Of a stretch of 64,000 bases of DNA, positions 1-15,000 are shown piece after piece (positions within the stretch are counted from its first letter, which is position 1; each line of letters opens with the position of its first letter). The notes under the pieces are model-generated. The model ran no database searches, was not told the origin of the DNA, and saw only the letters and a list, made by a program, of their open reading frames with translations. The translations under genes were made by a program, and so were the position numbers. The stretch is from Eledone cirrhosa (Eukaryota), in assembly GCA_964016885.1 (NCBI GenBank), contig OZ024740.1, forward strand, positions 7,316,001 through 7,380,000, given 5' to 3'.

Positions 1-3000
1 AGTTTCTATTGGTATATCAGTTCCTATTGGTATGTCAGTTTTGATTGGTATGTCAGTTTCTATTGGTATATCAGTTTCTATTGGTATATGAGTTTTGATT
101 GGTATGTCAGTGTCGATTATTATATCAGTAACTATTGGTATGTCAATTTCGATCAGTATATGAGCTTCGATTGGTATATCAGTTTCAATTAGTATGTCAG
201 TTTCTATTGGTATATCAGTTTCGATTGGTATGCCAGTTTCAATTAGTATGTCAATTTATATTGGTATGTCAGTTTCAATTGGTATATCAGTTTCGATTGT
301 TATATCAGTTTCTATTGGTATGTCAGTTTCAATTGGTATGTCAGTGTCTATTGGTATGTCAGTGTCAATTATTATATGAGTTACTATTGGTATGTCAGTT
401 TCGATTGGTATATTAGTTTTGATTGGTATATCAGTTTCGATTGTTATATTAGTTTTGATTGGTATATCAGTTTCTATTGGTATGTCAGTTTTGATTATTA
501 TATCAGTTACTATTGGTATGCCAGTTTCGATTGGTATGTCAATTTCGATTGGTATATCAGATTCGATTGGTATGTCAGTTTCTATTGGTATATCAGTTTC
601 TATTGGTATGTCAGTTTTGATAGGTATGTCAGTTTCTATTGGTATATCAGTTTCGATTTGTATGTCAGTTTCTATTGGTATGTCAGTCTCGATAGGTATG
701 TCAGTTTCTATTGGTATATCAGTTTCGATTGGTATGTCATTTTCGATATGTATGTCAGTTTCTATTGGTATATCAGTTTCGATTGGTATGTCAGTTTCTA
801 TTGGTATATCAGCTTCGATTGGTATATCAGTTTCGATTAGTATGTCAATTTCCATTGCTATGTCAGTTTCGATTAGTATATCAGTTTCTATTGGTATGTC
901 AGTTTCGATTGGTATGTCAGTTTCGATTGGTATATCAGTTTCGAGTGGTATATCAGTTTCCATTGGTATGTCAGTTTCTATTGGTATATCAGTTTTGCTG
1001 GGTATGTCAGTTTCGATTGGTATATCAGATTTGATTGGTATGTCAGTTTCTATTGGTATGTCAGTTTCGATTATCATATCAGTTTCTATTGGTATGTAAG
1101 TTTTGATTGGTATGTCAGTTTCGATTGGTATGTCAGATTCGATTAGTATATCAGTTTCTGTAGTTATGTCAGTTTCTATTGGTATATCACTTTCGACTGG
1201 TACATCAGTTTCGATTAGAATTTCAGTTTCGATAGGTATGTCAGTTTCTATTTGTATATCAGTTTCGATTGGTATGTCATTTTCGATAGGTATGTAAGTT
1301 TCTATTGGTATATCAGTTTCTACTGGTATGTCAGTTTTGATTAGTATATCAGTTTCGATTGGTATGTCATTTTCGATTAGTATATCAGTTTCTATTCGTA
1401 TGTCAGTTTCTTTTGGTATATCAGTTTCGATTGGTATATCAGTTTCGATTGGTATGTCAGTTTCGATTGGTATATCAGTTTCGATTGGTATGTCAGTTTC
1501 TATAGGTACGTCAGTTTCGATTGGTATGTCAGTTTCGATTGGTATGTCAGTTTCGATTAGTATATCAGTTTCTATTGGTATGTCAGTTTCTATTGGTATA
1601 TCAGTTTCAATTGGTATGTCAGTTTCTATTGGTATATGAGTTTCTATTGGTATGTCAGTTTCTGTTGCTATATCAGTTTCAATTGGTATGTTAGTTTCTG
1701 TTGGTAAGTCAGCTTCGATTAGTATGTCAGTTTCGATTGGTATGACAGGTTTGATTGGTATATCAGTTTCGATTGGTATCTCAGTTTCTATTGGTATGAC
1801 AGGTTTGATTGGTATATCAGTTTCGATTGGTATCTCAGTTTCGATTGGTATGTCAGTTTCGATTGGTATGTCAGTTTCGATTAGTATGTCAGTTTCTAAT
1901 GGTATATCAGTTTCGATTGGTATATCAGTTTCTATTAGTATGTCAGTTTCGATAGGTATATCAGTTTTGATTGGTATGTCTGTCGATTATTATTGTTATG
2001 TCAGTTTCGATCAGTATATCAGCTTCGATTGGTATATCAGTTTCAATTAGTATGTCAGTTTCTATTTGTATATCAGTTTCGATTGGTATGTCAGTTTCGA
2101 TTAGTATGTCAATTTATATTGGTATGTCAGTTGCAATTAGTATATCAGTTTCGATTGTTATATCAATTTCTATTGGTATGTCAGTTTCAATTGGTATGTC
2201 AGTGTCTATTGGTATGTCAGTGTCAATTATTATATGAGTTGCTATTGGTATGTCAGTTTCGATTGTTATATCAATTTCGATTGGTATCTCAGTTTCGATT
2301 GGTATGTCAGTTTCGATTGGTATGTCAATTTCGATTAGTATATCAGTTTCTATTGGTATGTCAGTTTCTCTTGGTATATCAGCTTCGATTGGTATATCAG
2401 TTTCGATTGGTATATTAGTTTAGATTCGTATATCAGTTTCTATTGGTATGACAGTTTTGATTATTATATCTGTTACTATTGGTATGCCAGTTTCGACTGG
2501 TATGTCAATTTCGATTGGTATATCAGATTCGACTGGTATGTCAGTTTCTATTGGTATATCAATTTCTATTGGTATGTCAGTTTTGATAGGTATGTCAGTT
2601 TCTATTGGTATATCAGTTTCGATTTGTATGTCAGTTTCTATTGGTATGTCAGTCTCGATAGGTATGTCAGTTTCTATTGGTATATCAGTTTCGATTGGTA
2701 TGTCATTTTCGATAGGTATGTCAGTTTCTTTTGGTATATCAGTTTCGATTGGTATGTCAGTTTCTATTGGTATTTCAGCTTCGATTGGTATATCAGTTTC
2801 GATTAGTATGTTTAGTTTCCATTGATATGTCAGTCTCGATTAGTATATCAGTTTCTATTGGTATGTCAGTTTCGATTGGTATGTCAGTTTCGATTGGTAT
2901 ATCAGTTTCGATTGGTATATCAGTTTCGATTGGTATGTCAGTTTCTATTGGTATATCAGTTTCGATGTGTATGTCAGTTTCGATTGGTATATCAGTTTTG

Positions 3001-6000
3001 ATTGGTATGTCAGTTTCTATTGGTATGTCAGTTTCGATTATCATATCAGTTACTATTGGTATGTAAGTTTTGATTGGTATGTCAGATTCGATTAGTATAT
3101 CAGTCTCTGTAGTTATGTCAGTTTCTATTGGTATATCACTTTCGACTGGTACATCAGTTTCGATTAGAATTTCAGTTACGATAGGTATGTCAGTTTCTAT
3201 TAGTATATCAGTTTCGATTGGTATGTCATTTTCGATAGGTATGTAAGTTTCTATTGGTATATCAGTTTCGATTGGTATGTTAGTTTCGATTGGTATGTCA
3301 GTTTCGATTGATATGTCAATTTCGATTGGTATGTCAGTTTCGATTGGTATATCAGTTTCGATTGGTATGTCAGTTTCTACTGGTATGTCAGTTTTGATTA
3401 GTATATCAGTTTCGATTGGTATGTCATTTTCGAATAGTATATCAGTTTCTATTCGTATGTCAGTTTCTATTGGTATATCAGTTTCGATTGGTATATCAGT
3501 TTCGATTTGTATGTCAGTTTCGATTGGTATGTCAGTTTCGATTAGTATATCAGTTTCTATTGGTATGTCAGTTTCTACTGGTATATCAGTTTCAATTGGT
3601 ATGTCAGTTTCTATTGGTATATGAGTTTCTATTGGTATGTTAGTTTCTATTGGTAAGTCAGCTTCGATTAGTATGTCAGTTTCGATTGGTATGTCAGTTT
3701 CTATTGGTATAACATTTTCGATTGGTATGTCAGTTTCTATTGGTATGTCAGTGTCGATTATTATATCAGTAACTATTGGTATGTCAGTTTCGATTGGTAT
3801 GTCAGTTTCGATTGGTATCTCAGTTTCTATTGGTATGACAGTTTTGATTGGTATATCAGTTTCGATTGGTATCTCAGTTTCGATTGGTATGTCAGTTTCG
3901 ATTGGTATGTCAGTTTCGATTAGTATGTCAGTTTCTAATGGTATATCAGTTTAGAATGGTATATGAGTTTCTATTAGTATGTCAGTTTCTATTGGTATAT
4001 CAGTTTCGATTGGTATGTCAGTTTCTATTGGTATGTCAGTGTCGATAATTATATCAGTTACTATTGGTATGTCAGTTTCGATTGTTATATCAATTTCGAA
4101 TGGTATCTCAGTTTCGATTGGTATGTCAGTTTCGATTGGTATGTCAATTTCGATTAGTATATCAGTTTTTATTGGTATGTCAGTTTCTCTTGGTATATCA
4201 GCTTCGATTGGTATATCAGTTTCGATTGGTATATTAGTTTTGATTGGTATATCAGTTTCTATTGGTATGTCAGTTTTGATTATTATATCAGTTACTATTG
4301 GTATGTCAGTTTCGATTGGTATATCAATTTCGATTTGTATATCAGATTCGATTGGTATGTCAGTTTCTATTGGTATATCAGTTTCTTTTGGTATGTCAGT
4401 TTCGATAGGTATGTCAGTTTCTATTGGTATATCAGTTTCGATTTGTATGTCAGTTTCTATTGGTATGTCAGTCTCGATAGGTATGTCAGTTTCTATTGGT
4501 ATATCAGTTTCGATTGGTATGTCAGTTTCTATTGGTATAACAGTTTCGATTGGTATGTCAGGTTCGATTGGTATATCAGTTTCTATTGGTATGTCAGGTT
4601 CGATTGGTATATCAGTTTCGATTGGTATGTCAATTTCGATTGGTATATCAGTTTCGATTAGTATGTCAGGTTCGATTGGTATATAAGTTTCGATTGGTAT
4701 GTCAGTTTCTATTGGTATATCAGTTTTGATTGGTACATCAGTTTCGATTGGTATGTCAGTTTCTATTAGTATATCAGTTTCGATTGGTATGTCATTTTCG
4801 ATAGGTATGTAAGTTTCTATCGGTATATCAGTTTCGATTGGTATGTCAGTTTCGATTGGTATGTCAGTTTCAAATGGTATGTCAATTTCGATTGGTATGT
4901 CAGTTTCGATTGGTATATCAGTTTCGATTGGTATGTCAGTTTCTATTGGTATGTCAGTTTTGATTAGTATATCAGTTTCTATTCGTGTGTCAGTTTCTAT
5001 TGGTATAGCAGTTTTGATTGGTATATCAGTTTCGATTGGAATGTCAGTTTCGATTGGTATATCAGTTTCGATTGGTATGTCAGTTTCTATAGGTACGTCA
5101 GTTTCGATTGGTATGTCAGTCTCGATTGATATGTCAGTTTCGATTAGTATATCAGTTTCTATTGGTATGTCAGTTTCTATTGGTATATCAGTTTTGATTG
5201 GTATGTCAGTTTCTATTTGTATGTCAGTTTCTATTGGAATATCAGTTTCGATTAGTATGTCAGTTTCGATTGGTATGTCAGATTCTATTGGTATATCAGT
5301 TTCGATTGGTATATCAGTTTCGATTGGTATATCAGTTTCGATTGGTATGTCAGTTCCGATTGGTATATCAGTTCCGATTGGTATGTCAGTTTCGATTGGT
5401 ATGTCAGATTCTATTGGTATATCAGTTTCGATTGGTATATCAGTTTCGATTGGTATATCAGTTTCGATTGGTATGTCAGTTTCGATTGGTATGTCAGTTT
5501 CTATTGGTATATCAGTTTCAATTGGTATGTTAGTTTCTATTGGTAAGTCAGCTTCGATTAGTATGTCAGTTTCGATTGGTATGTCAGTTTCTATTGGTAT
5601 ATCATTTTCGATTGGTATGTCAGTTTCTATTGGTATGTCAGTGTCGATTATTATATCAGTAACTATTGGTATGTCAGTTTCGATTGGTATGTCAGTTTCG
5701 ATTGGTATCTCAGTTTCTATTGGTATGACAGTTTTGATTGGTATATCAGATTCGATTGGTATCTCAGTTTCGATTGGTATGTCAGTTTCGATTGGTATGT
5801 CAGTTTCGATTAGTATGTCAGTTTCTAATGGTATATCAGTTTCGATTGGTATATCAGTTTCTATTAGTATGTCAGTTTCGATAGGTATATCAGTTTTGAT
5901 TGGTATGTCTGTCGATTATTATATCAGTAACTATTGTTATGTCAGTTTCGATCAGTATATCAGCTTCGATTGGTATACCAGTTTCAATTAGTATGTCAGT

Positions 6001-9000
6001 TTCTATTGGTATATCAGTTTCGATTGGTATATCAGTTTCTATTGGTATGTCAGTTTCAATTGGTATGTCAGTTTCTATTGGTATATCAGTTTCGATTGGT
6101 ATGTCAGTTTCTATTGGTATGTCAGTGTCGATAATTATATCAGTTACTATTGGTATGTCAGTTTCGATTGTTATATCAATTTCGAATGGTATCTCAGTTT
6201 CGATTGGTATGTCAGTTTCGATTGGTATGTCAATTTCGATTAGTATATCAGTTTTTATTGGTATGTCAGTTTCTCTTGGTATATCAGCTTCGATTGGTAT
6301 ATCAGTTTCGATTGGTATATTAGTTTTGATTGGTATATCAGTTTCTATTGGTATGTCAGTTTTGATTATTATATCAGTTACTATTGGTATGTCAGTTTCG
6401 ATTGGTATATCAATTTCGATTTGTATATCAGATTCGATTGGTATGTCAGTTTCTATTGGTATATCAGTTTCTTTTGGTATGTCAGTTTCGATAGGTATGT
6501 CAGTTTCTATTGGTATATCAGTTTCGATTTGTATGTCAGTTTCTATTGGTATGTCAGTCTCGATAGGTATGTCAGTTTCTATTGGTATATCAGTTTCGAT
6601 TGGTATGTCAGTTTCTATTGGTATAACAGTATCGATTGGTATGTCAGGTTCGATTGGTATATCAGTTTCTATTGGTATGTCAGGTTCGATTGGTATATCA
6701 GTTTCGATTGGTATGTCAATTTCGATTGGTATATCAGTTTCGATTAGTATGTCAGGTTCGATTGGTATATAAGTTTCGATTGGTATGTCAGTTTCTATTG
6801 GTATATCAGTTTTGATTGGTACATCAGTTTCGATTGGTATGTCAGTTTCTATTAGTATATCAGTTTCGATTGGTATGTCATTTTCGATTGGTATGTCAGT
6901 TTCGATTGGTATGTCAGTTTCAATTGGTATGTCAATTTCGATTGGTATGTCAGTTTCGATTGGTATATCAGTTTCGATTGGTATGTCAGTTTCTATTGGT
7001 ATGTCAGTTTTGATTAGTATATCAGTTTCGATTGGTATGTCATTTTCAATTAGTATATCAGTTTCTATTCGTGTGTCAGTTTCTATTGGTATAGCAGTTT
7101 TGATTGGTATATCAGTTTCGATTGGTATGTCAGTTTCGATTGGTATATCAGTTTCGATTGGTATGTCAGTTTCTATAGGTACGTCAGTTTCGATTGGTAT
7201 GTCAGTTTCGATTGATATGTCAGTTTCGATTAGTATATCAGTTTCTATTGGTATGTCAGTTTCTATTGGTATATCAGTTTCGATTGGTATGTTAGTTTCG
7301 ATTGGTATGTCAGTTTCGATTGGTATGTCAATTTCGATTGGTATGTCAGTTTCGATTGGTATATCAGTTTCGATTGGTATGTCAGTTTCTACTGGTATGT
7401 CAGTTTTGATTAGTATATCAGTTTCGATTGGTATGTCATTTTCGAATAGTATATCAGTTTCTATTCGTATGTCAGTTTCTATTGGTATATCAGTTTCGAT
7501 TGGTATATCAGTTTCGATTTGTATGTCAGTTTCGATTGGTATGTCAGTTTCGATTAGTATATCAGTTTCTATTGGTATGTCAGTTTCTACTGGTATATCA
7601 GTTTCAATTGGTATGTCAGTTTCTATTGGTATATGAGTTTCTATTGGTATGTTAGTTTCTATTGGTAAGTCAGCTTCGATTAGTATGTCAGTTTCGATTG
7701 GTATGTCAGTTTCTATTGGTATAACATTTTCGATTGGTATGTCAGTTTCTATTGGTATGTCAGTGTCGATTATTATATCAGTAACTATTGGTATGTCAGT
7801 TTCGATTGGTATGTCAGTTTCGATTGGTATCTCAGTTTCTATTGGTATGACAGTTTTGATTGGTATATCAGTTTCGATTGGTATCTCAGTTTCGATTGGT
7901 ATGTCAGTTTCGATTGGTATGTCAGTTTCGATTAGTATGTCAGTTTCTAATGGTATATCAGTTTAGAATGGTATATGAGTTTCTATTAGTATGTCAGTTT
8001 CTATTGGTATATCAGTTTCGATTGGTATGTCAGTTTCTATTGGTATGTCAGTGTCGATAATTATATCAGTTACTATTGGTATGTCAGTTTCGATTGTTAT
8101 ATCAATTTCGAATGGTATCTCAGTTTCGATTGGTATGTCAGTTTCGATTGGTATGTCAATTTCGATTAGTATATCAGTTTTTATTGGTATGTCAGTTTCT
8201 CTTGGTATATCAGCTTCGATTGGTATATCAGTTTCGATTGGTATATTAGTTTTGATTGGTATATCAGTTTCTATTGGTATGTCAGTTTTGATTATTATAT
8301 CAGTTACTTTTGGTATGTCAGTTTCGATTGGTATATCAATTTCGATTTGTATATCAGATTCGATTGGTATGTCAGTTTCTATTGGTATATCAGTTTCTTT
8401 TGGTATGTCAGTTTCGATAGGTATGTCAGTTTCTATTGGTATATCAGTTTCGATTTGTATGTCAGTTTCTATTGGTATGTCAGTCTCGATAGGTATGTCA
8501 GTTTCTATTGGTATATCAGTTTCGATTGGTATGTCAGTTTCGATTGGTATGTCAGTTTCAATTGGTATGTCAATTTCGATTGGTATGTCAGTTTCGATTG
8601 GTATATCAGTTTCGATTGGTATGTCAGTTTCTATTGGTATGTCAGTTTTGATTAGTATATCAGTTTCGATTGGTATGTCATTTTCAATTAGTATATCAGT
8701 TTCTATTCGTGTGTCAGTTTCTATTGGTATAGCAGTTTTGATTGGTATATCAGTTTCGATTGGAATGTCAGTTTCGATTGGTATATCAGTTTCGATTGGT
8801 ATGTCAGTTTCTATAGGTACGTCAGTTTCGATTGGTATGTCAGTCTCGATTGATATGTCAGTTTCGATTAGTATATCAGTTTCTATTGGTATGTCAGTTT
8901 CTATTGGTATATCAGTTTTGATTGGTATGTCAGTTTCTATTTGTATGTCAGTTTCTATTGGAATATCAGTTTCGATTAGTATGTCAGTTTCGATTGGTAT

Positions 9001-12000
9001 GTCAGATTCTATTGGTATATCAGTTTCGATTGGTATATCAGTTTCGATTGGTATATCAGTTTCGATTGGTATATCAGTTTCGATTGGCATGTCAGTTTCG
9101 ATTGGTATGTCAGTTTCTATTGGTATATCAGTTTCAATTGGTATGTTAGTTTCTATTGGTAAGTCAGCTTCGATTAGTATGTCAGTTTCGATTGGTATGT
9201 CAGTTTCTATTGGTATATCATTTTCGATTGGTATGTCAGTTTCTATTGGTATGTCAGTGTCGATTATTATATCAGTAACTATTGGTATGTCAGTTTCGAT
9301 TGGTATGTCAGTTTCGATTGGTATCTCAGTTTCTATTGGTATGTCAGTTTCAATTGGTATGTCAGTTTCTATTGGTATATCAGTTTCGATTGGTATGTCA
9401 GTTTCTATTAGTATGTCAGTTTCGATAGGTATATCAGTTTTGATTGGTATGTCTGTCGATTATTATATCAGTAACTATTGTTATGTCAGTTTCGATCAGT
9501 ATATCAGCTTCGATTGGTATACCAGTTTCAATTAGTATGTCAGTTTCTATTGGTATATCAGTTTCGATTGGTATATCAGTTTCTATTGGTATGTCAGTTT
9601 CAATTGGTATGTCAGTTTCTATTGGTATATCAGTTTCGATTGGTATGTCAGTTTCTATTGGTATGTCAGTGTCGATAATTATATCAGTTACTATTGGTAT
9701 GTCAGTTTCGATTGTTATATCAATTTCGAATGGTATCTCAGTTTCGATTGGTATGTCAGTTTCGATTGGTATGTCAATTTCGATTAGTATATCAGTTTTT
9801 ATTGGTATGTCAGTTTCTCTTGGTGTATCAGCTTCGATTGGTATATCAGTTTCGATTGGTATATTAGTTTTGATTGGTATATCAGTTTCTATTGGTATGT
9901 CAGTTTTGATTATTATATCAGTTACTATTGGTATGTCAGTTTCGATTGGTATATCAATTTCGATTTGTATATCAGATTCGATTGGTATGTCAGTTTCTAT
10001 TGGTATATCAGTTTCTTTTGGTATGTCAGTTTCGATAGGTATGTCAGTTTCTATTGGTATATCAGTTTCGATTTGTATGTCAGTTTCTATTGGTATGTCA
10101 GTCTCGATAGGTATGTCAGTTTCTATTGGTATATCAGTTTCGATTGGTATGTCAGTTTCTATTGGTATAACAGTATCGATTGGTATGTCAGGTTCGATTG
10201 GTATATCAGTTTCTATTGGTATGTCAGGTTCGATTGGTATATCAGTTTCGATTGGTATCTCAATTTCGATTGGTATATCAGTTTCGATTAGTATGTCAGG
10301 TTCGATTGGTATATAAGTTTCGATTGGTATGTCAGTTTCTATTGGTATATCAGTTTTGATTGGTACATCAGTTTCGATTGGTATGTCAGTTTCTATTAGT
10401 ATATCAGTTTCGATTGGTATGTCATTTTCGATTGGTATGTCAGTTTCGATTGGTATGTCAGTTTCAATTGGTATGTCAATTTCGATTGGTATGTCAGTTT
10501 CGATTGGTATATCAGTTTCGATTGGTATGTCAGTTTCTATTGGTATGTCAGTTTTGATTAGTATATCAGTTTCGATTGGTATGTCATTTTCAATTAGTAT
10601 ATCAGTTTCTATTCGTGTGTCAGTTTCTATTGGTATAGCAGTTTTGATTGGTATATCAGTTTCGATTGGTATGTCAGTTTCGATTGGTATATCAGTTTCG
10701 ATTGGTATGTCAGTTTCTATAGGTACGTCAGTTTCGATTGGTATGTCAGTTTCGATTGATATGTCAGTTTCGATTAGTATATCAGTTTCTATTGGTATGT
10801 CAGTTTCTATTGGTATATCAGTTTTGATTGGTATGTCAGTTTCGATTGGTATATCAGTTCCGATTGGTATGTCAGTTTCGATTGGTATGTAAGTTTCGAT
10901 TGGTATATCAGTTTCGATTAGAATGTCAGTTTCGATTGGTTTTTCAATTTCTATTGGTATATCAGATTCGATTGGTATATCACTTTTCGATTAGTGTGTC
11001 AGTTTCTATTGATATGTCAGTTTCGATTAGTATATCAGTTTCTATTGGTATGTCAGTTTCGATCGGTATGTCAGTTTCTATTGATATATCAGTTTTGATT
11101 GGTATATCAGTCTCGATTGGTATATCAGTTTATATTGGTATATCAGTTTCGATTGGTATGTCAATTCTCTATTGGTATATCAGTTTCAAATGGTATATCA
11201 GTTTCTATTCTTATATCAGTTTCTATTGGTATATGAGTTTCTATTGGAATATCAGTTTCTATTGGTATATCAGTTTCAATTGGTATGTTAGTTTCTATTG
11301 GTAAGTCAGCTTCGATTAGTATATCAGTTTCTATTGGTATGTCAGTTTCGATTAGTATATCAGTTCCTATTGGTATGTCAGTTTCGATTGGTATGTCAGT
11401 TTCTATTGGTATATCAGTTTTGATTGGTATGTCAGTTTCTATTTGTATGTCAGTTTCTATTGGAATATCAGTTTCGATTAGTATGTCAGTTTCGATTGGT
11501 ATGTCAGATTCTATTGGTATATCAGTTTCGATTGGTATATCAGTTTCGATTGGTATATCAGTTTCGATTGGTATATCAGTTTCGATTGGTATGTCAGTTT
11601 CGATTGGTATGTCAGTTTCTATTGGTATATCAGTTTCAATTGGTATGTTAGTTTCTATTGGTAAGTCAGCTTCGATTAGTATGTCAGTTTCGATTGGTAT
11701 GTCAGTTTCTATTGGTATATCATTTTCGATTGGTATGTCAGTTTCTATTGGTATGTCAGTGTCGATTATTATATCAGTAACTATTGGTATGTCAGTTTCG
11801 ATTGGTATGTCAGTTTCGATTGGTATCTCAGTTTCTATTGGTATGACAGTTTTGATTGGTATATCAGATTCGATTGGTATCTCAGTTTCGATTGGTATGT
11901 CAGTTTCGATTGGTATGTCAGTTTCGATTACTATGTCAGTTTCTAATGGTATATCAGTTTCGATTGGTATATCAGTTTCTATTAGTATGTCAGTTTCGAT

Positions 12001-15000
12001 AGGTATATCAGTTTTGATTGGTATGTCTGTCGATTATTATATCAGTAACTATTGTTATGTCAGTTTCGATCAGTATATCAGCTTCGATTGGTATACCAGT
12101 TTCAATTAGTATGTCAGTTTCTATTGGTATATCAGTTTCGATTGGTATATCAGTTTCTATTGGTATGTCAGTTTCAATTGGTATGTCAGTTTCTATTGGT
12201 ATATCAGTTTCGATTGGTATGTCAGTTTCTATTGGTATGTCAGTGTCGATAATTATATCAGTTACTATTGGTATGTCAGTTTCGATTGTTATATCAATTT
12301 CGAATGGTATCTCAGTTTCGATTGGTATGTCAGTTTCGATTGGTATGTCAATTTCGATTAGTATATCAGTTTTTATTGGTATGTCAGTTTCTCTTGGTGT
12401 ATCAGCTTCGATTGGTATATCAGTTTCGATTGGTATATTAGTTTTGATTGGTATATCAGTTTCTATTGGTATGTCAGTTTTGATTATTATATCAGTTACT
12501 ATTGGTATGTCAGTTTCGATTGGTATATCAATTTCGATTTGTATATCAGATTCGATTGGTATGTCAGTTTCTATTGGTATATCAGTTTCTTTTGGTATGT
12601 CAGTTTCGATAGGTATGTCAGTTTCTATTGGTATATCAGTTTCGATTTGTATGTCAGTTTCTATTGGTATGTCAGTCTCGATAGGTATGTCAGTTTCTAT
12701 TGGTATATCAGTTTCGATTGGTATGTCAGTTTCTATTGGTATAACAGTATCGATTGGTATGTCAGGTTCGATTGGTATATCAGTTTCTATTGGTATGTCA
12801 GGTTCGATTGGTATATCAGTTTCGATTGGTATGTCAATTTCGATTGGTATATCAGTTTCGATTAGTATGTCAGGTTCGATTGGTATATAAGTTTCGATTG
12901 GTATGTCAGTTTCTATTGGTATATCAGTTTTGATTGGTACATCATTTTCGATTGGTATGTCAGTTTCTATTAGTATATCAGTTTCGATTGGTATGTCATT
13001 TTCGATTGGTATGTCAGTTTCGATTGGTATGTCAGTTTCAATTGGTATGTCAATTTCGATTGGTATGTCAGTTTCGATTGGTATATCAGTTTCGATTGGT
13101 ATGTCAGTTTCTATTGGTATGTCAGTTTTGATTAGTATATCAGTTTCGATTGGTATGTCATTTTCAATTAGTATATCAGTTTCTATTCGTGTGTCAGTTT
13201 CTATTGGTATAGCAGTTTTGATTGGTATATCAGTTTCGATTGGTATGTCAGTTTCGATTGGTATATCAGTTTCGATTGGTATGTCAGTTTCTATAGGTAC
13301 GTCAGTTTCGATTGGTATGTCAGTTTCGATTGATATGTCAGTTTCGATTAGTATATCAGTTTCTATTGGTATGTCAGTTTCTATTGGTATATCAGTTTTG
13401 ATTGGTATGTCAGTTTCGATTGGTATATCAGTTCCGATTGGTATGTCAGTTTCGATTGGTATGTAAGTTTCGATTGGTATATCAGTTTCGATTAGAATGT
13501 CAGTTTCGATTGGTTTTTCAATTTCTATTGGTATATCAGATTCGATTGGTATATCACTTTTCGATTAGTGTGTCAGTTTCTATTGGTATGTCAGTTTCGA
13601 TTAGTATATCAGTTTCTATTGGTATGTCAGTTTCGATCGGTATGTCAGTTTCTATTGATATATCAGTTTTGATTGGTATATCAGTCTCGATTGGTATATC
13701 AGTTTATATTGGTATATCAGTTTCGATTGGTATGTCAATTCTCTATTGGTATATCAGTTTCAAATGGTATATCAGTTTCTATTCTTATATCAGTTTCTAT
13801 TGGTATATGAGTTTCTATTGGAATATCAGTTTCTATTGGTATATCAGTTTCAATTGGTATGTTAGTTTCTATTGGTAAGTCAGCTTCGATTAGTATATCA
13901 GTTTCTATTGGTATGTCAGTTTCGATTAGTATATCAGTTCCTATTGGTATGTCAGTTTCGATTGGTATGTCAGTTTCTATTGGTATATAAGTTTTGATTG
14001 GAATATCAGTCTCGATTGGTATATCAGTTTCCATTCGTAAGTCAGATTCGATGGGAATTTTAGTTTCTATTGGTATATCACTTTCGATTGGTATATAAGT
14101 TTCAATTAGTATGTCAATTTCCATTGGTATATCAGTTTCGAATGTTATGTCAGTTTCGATTAGTATGTCAATTTCTATTGGTATGTCAATTTCTATTGGT
14201 ATATCAGTTTCGATTTGTATATCAGTTTCGATTGGTATATCAGTTTCGATTGGTATGTCAGTTTCCATTGGTATATCAGTTTCGATCGGTATGTCAGTTT
14301 CGATTGGTATATCAGTTTCGATTGGTATATCAGTTTCGATTGGTATTTCAGTTTCTATTGGTATGTCAGATTCGATTAGTATATCAGTTTTTGATTAGTA
14401 TATTAGTTTCTATAGATATGTCAGTTTCTATTGGTATATCAGTTTCGATTGGTATATCAATTTCTATTGCAATATCAGTTTCTATTGGTATGTCAGTTTC
14501 GATTGCTAAGTCAGTTTCTATTGGTATTTTCAGTTCCCATTGGTATATCAGCTTGGATTGATAAATCAGTTTTCGATTAGTATGTCAGTTTCTATTGGTA
14601 TGTCAGTTTCGATTAGTATATCAGTTCCTATTGGTATGTCAGTTTCGATTGGTATATCAGTTTTGATTGGAATATCAGTCTCGATTGGTATATGAGTTTC
14701 TATTGGTATGTCAGATTCTATTGGTATATCAGTTTCAATTGGTATGTTAGTTTCTATTGGTAAGTCAGCTTCGATTAGTATATCAGTTTCTATTGGTATG
14801 TCAGTTTCGATTGGTATGTCTGTTTCGATTGGTATATAAGTTTCTATTGGTATATCAGTTTCCATTGGTACGTCAGATTCGATTGGAATTTTAGTTTCTA
14901 TTGGTATATAAGTTTCGATTGGTATGTCAGTTTCTATTGGTATATCACTTTCGATTGGTATATAAGTTTCAATTAGTATGTCAATTTCCATTGGTATATC